Origin: Octopus sinensis
Taxonomy: Eukaryota
Length of the DNA: 64,000 bases
Assembly (NCBI RefSeq): GCF_006345805.1
Contig: NC_042998.1
Coordinates: 52,886,001 to 52,950,000 of the forward strand
Reading direction: 5' to 3'
Below are positions 62,828 to 64,000 of the stretch, in pieces. The position numbers and the translations under genes were made by a program. The first letter of the stretch is position 1; the number at the start of each line of letters is the position of its first letter. A model generated the notes under the pieces. It was not told the DNA's origin. It saw only the letters and a list, made by a program, of their open reading frames with translations, and ran no database searches.

Positions 62828-62926
62828 CTTTAGCTCTAAGAAATGCCTGTGACAATAGCTTCCATTCTCTTATTTCAACAGACAATTTACTAAGCCTTGA
62901 GAAATTGCTAATTTTATAAAAATGCA
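62828..62926 (-). CDS. Candidate internal exon of an unidentified protein (xHFYKISNFSRLSKLSVEIREWKLLSQAFLRAK)
   Basis: Acceptor tctatttcttgccAG, donor AAG|gtaatg, 99 nt, phase 1-1, open. Confidence 0.4.
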
Positions 62927-64000
62927 CTGGCAAGAAATAGATTTCTATGAAAACCTTTTCATTGTATGCTTCATGTAGTTGTGATCCCTGCTTGGCTGTG
63001 AGAAAAGTGAATGATGTAAAAAGCTGTCATATGACAGTAATTCATGAAATTTATTATTTGATTGTTGTATAAAATCCTGCTGGGAGTTTAAGTTTCTAAA
63101 ACTCATTTTCAAGTTAAATTTATAAAACTTACATTGTTGGTGGTGATGTTTAACCCTGACAGACCTATTTAATTAAATGAGAGCAGAATTATATTTCATC
63201 ATCCTTTTCTGTGCTATTAGTTGTCTTTCCCAGACCCAGAACCACTTGTATAGACATCCATCTTTCATTCTTAACACTGTCCCTCTCCTTTCACATTTTA
63301 CTGTGATCCCTCTTCATGTTACCAGTTCTCTATCAATCTCTCTATTTCCCGTTGATCTGCCCTATCAAAATATGGCTCTTGCTCTCCCTACACACTCTTG
63401 CAACCTACCACTTATCATATCTCTCTCACTGTATTATTATTATTTGGCTGTTCTTCGCCATTTCTGCACTACCAATCATCACCTACTCGCCCTCACTTTC
63501 ATTCTAATTCATATTTATCATTGACTACATTTCTACCTTTGTTCATAATTCACTACATATACCACCATCCATTCATTCTAACCATAGCTCACTCTTTCCA
63601 TACATTCCTGCAGCCCCTATCAGCCTTCCTGCTCTTCTAGATCCAATCTCTCTTTTATTCTTCTTGCAACTCGAGTGTTCCTCCAGACAATTTGCCACCA
63701 CCATTCTCATCTTTCTTACTATCAACTATTCCTATATATAGCAAGGTAGTCATGTATCTCCTCCAAGCAAGAATCTGGTTCCTGCCCATTCTCTCATATG
63801 TTAACCTCTCAACACCTAGCAGAAATCCACCTCCATCTCTTGTACAGTCCCACTTAATCATAGGGGGTTTTAGTCTAGTGAATTATGTGGCAAACACACT
63901 AGTTCTTATACAAGGAAAGGCTCCAGAACTCTCTGTAAAGTAATTGGCATTAGCAAGGGTATGGTGCCATTGACACCATGCCAAAGCAGACACAAGAGCA

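Overview
Eukaryotic, strongly AT-rich DNA packed with microsatellites ((TA)n, (CA)n, (GAT)n, (AAT)n) and retroposons. The repeat landscape is typical of octopod cephalopods (inferred; probably Octopus). No long intact protein-coding gene is present, and nearly all ORFs in the supplied track are microsatellite or transposon artefacts. Supported content: four recurrent SINE/LINE-tail families (my labels A-D); RTE, CR1-like and Ty3/Gypsy remnants; a full-length degenerate Tc1; mariner, maT-like and piggyBac deletion derivatives; Tc1, hAT and Helitron-type MITEs; a full-length decayed U6 snRNA copy fused to a retroposon 3' tail; and four minimal hammerhead-ribozyme-like motifs in Penelope-like remnants beside TA-rich microsatellites. 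There are several inverted repeats: a 46-bp hairpin, a ~570-bp foldback, a (TA)n-centred foldback at a splice acceptor, and a ~2-kb palindrome that is probably an assembly artefact. A few short, splice-compatible candidate exons of unidentified genes are low confidence. All calls were made by eye, and repeat boundaries are approximate unless TIRs or TSDs are quoted.
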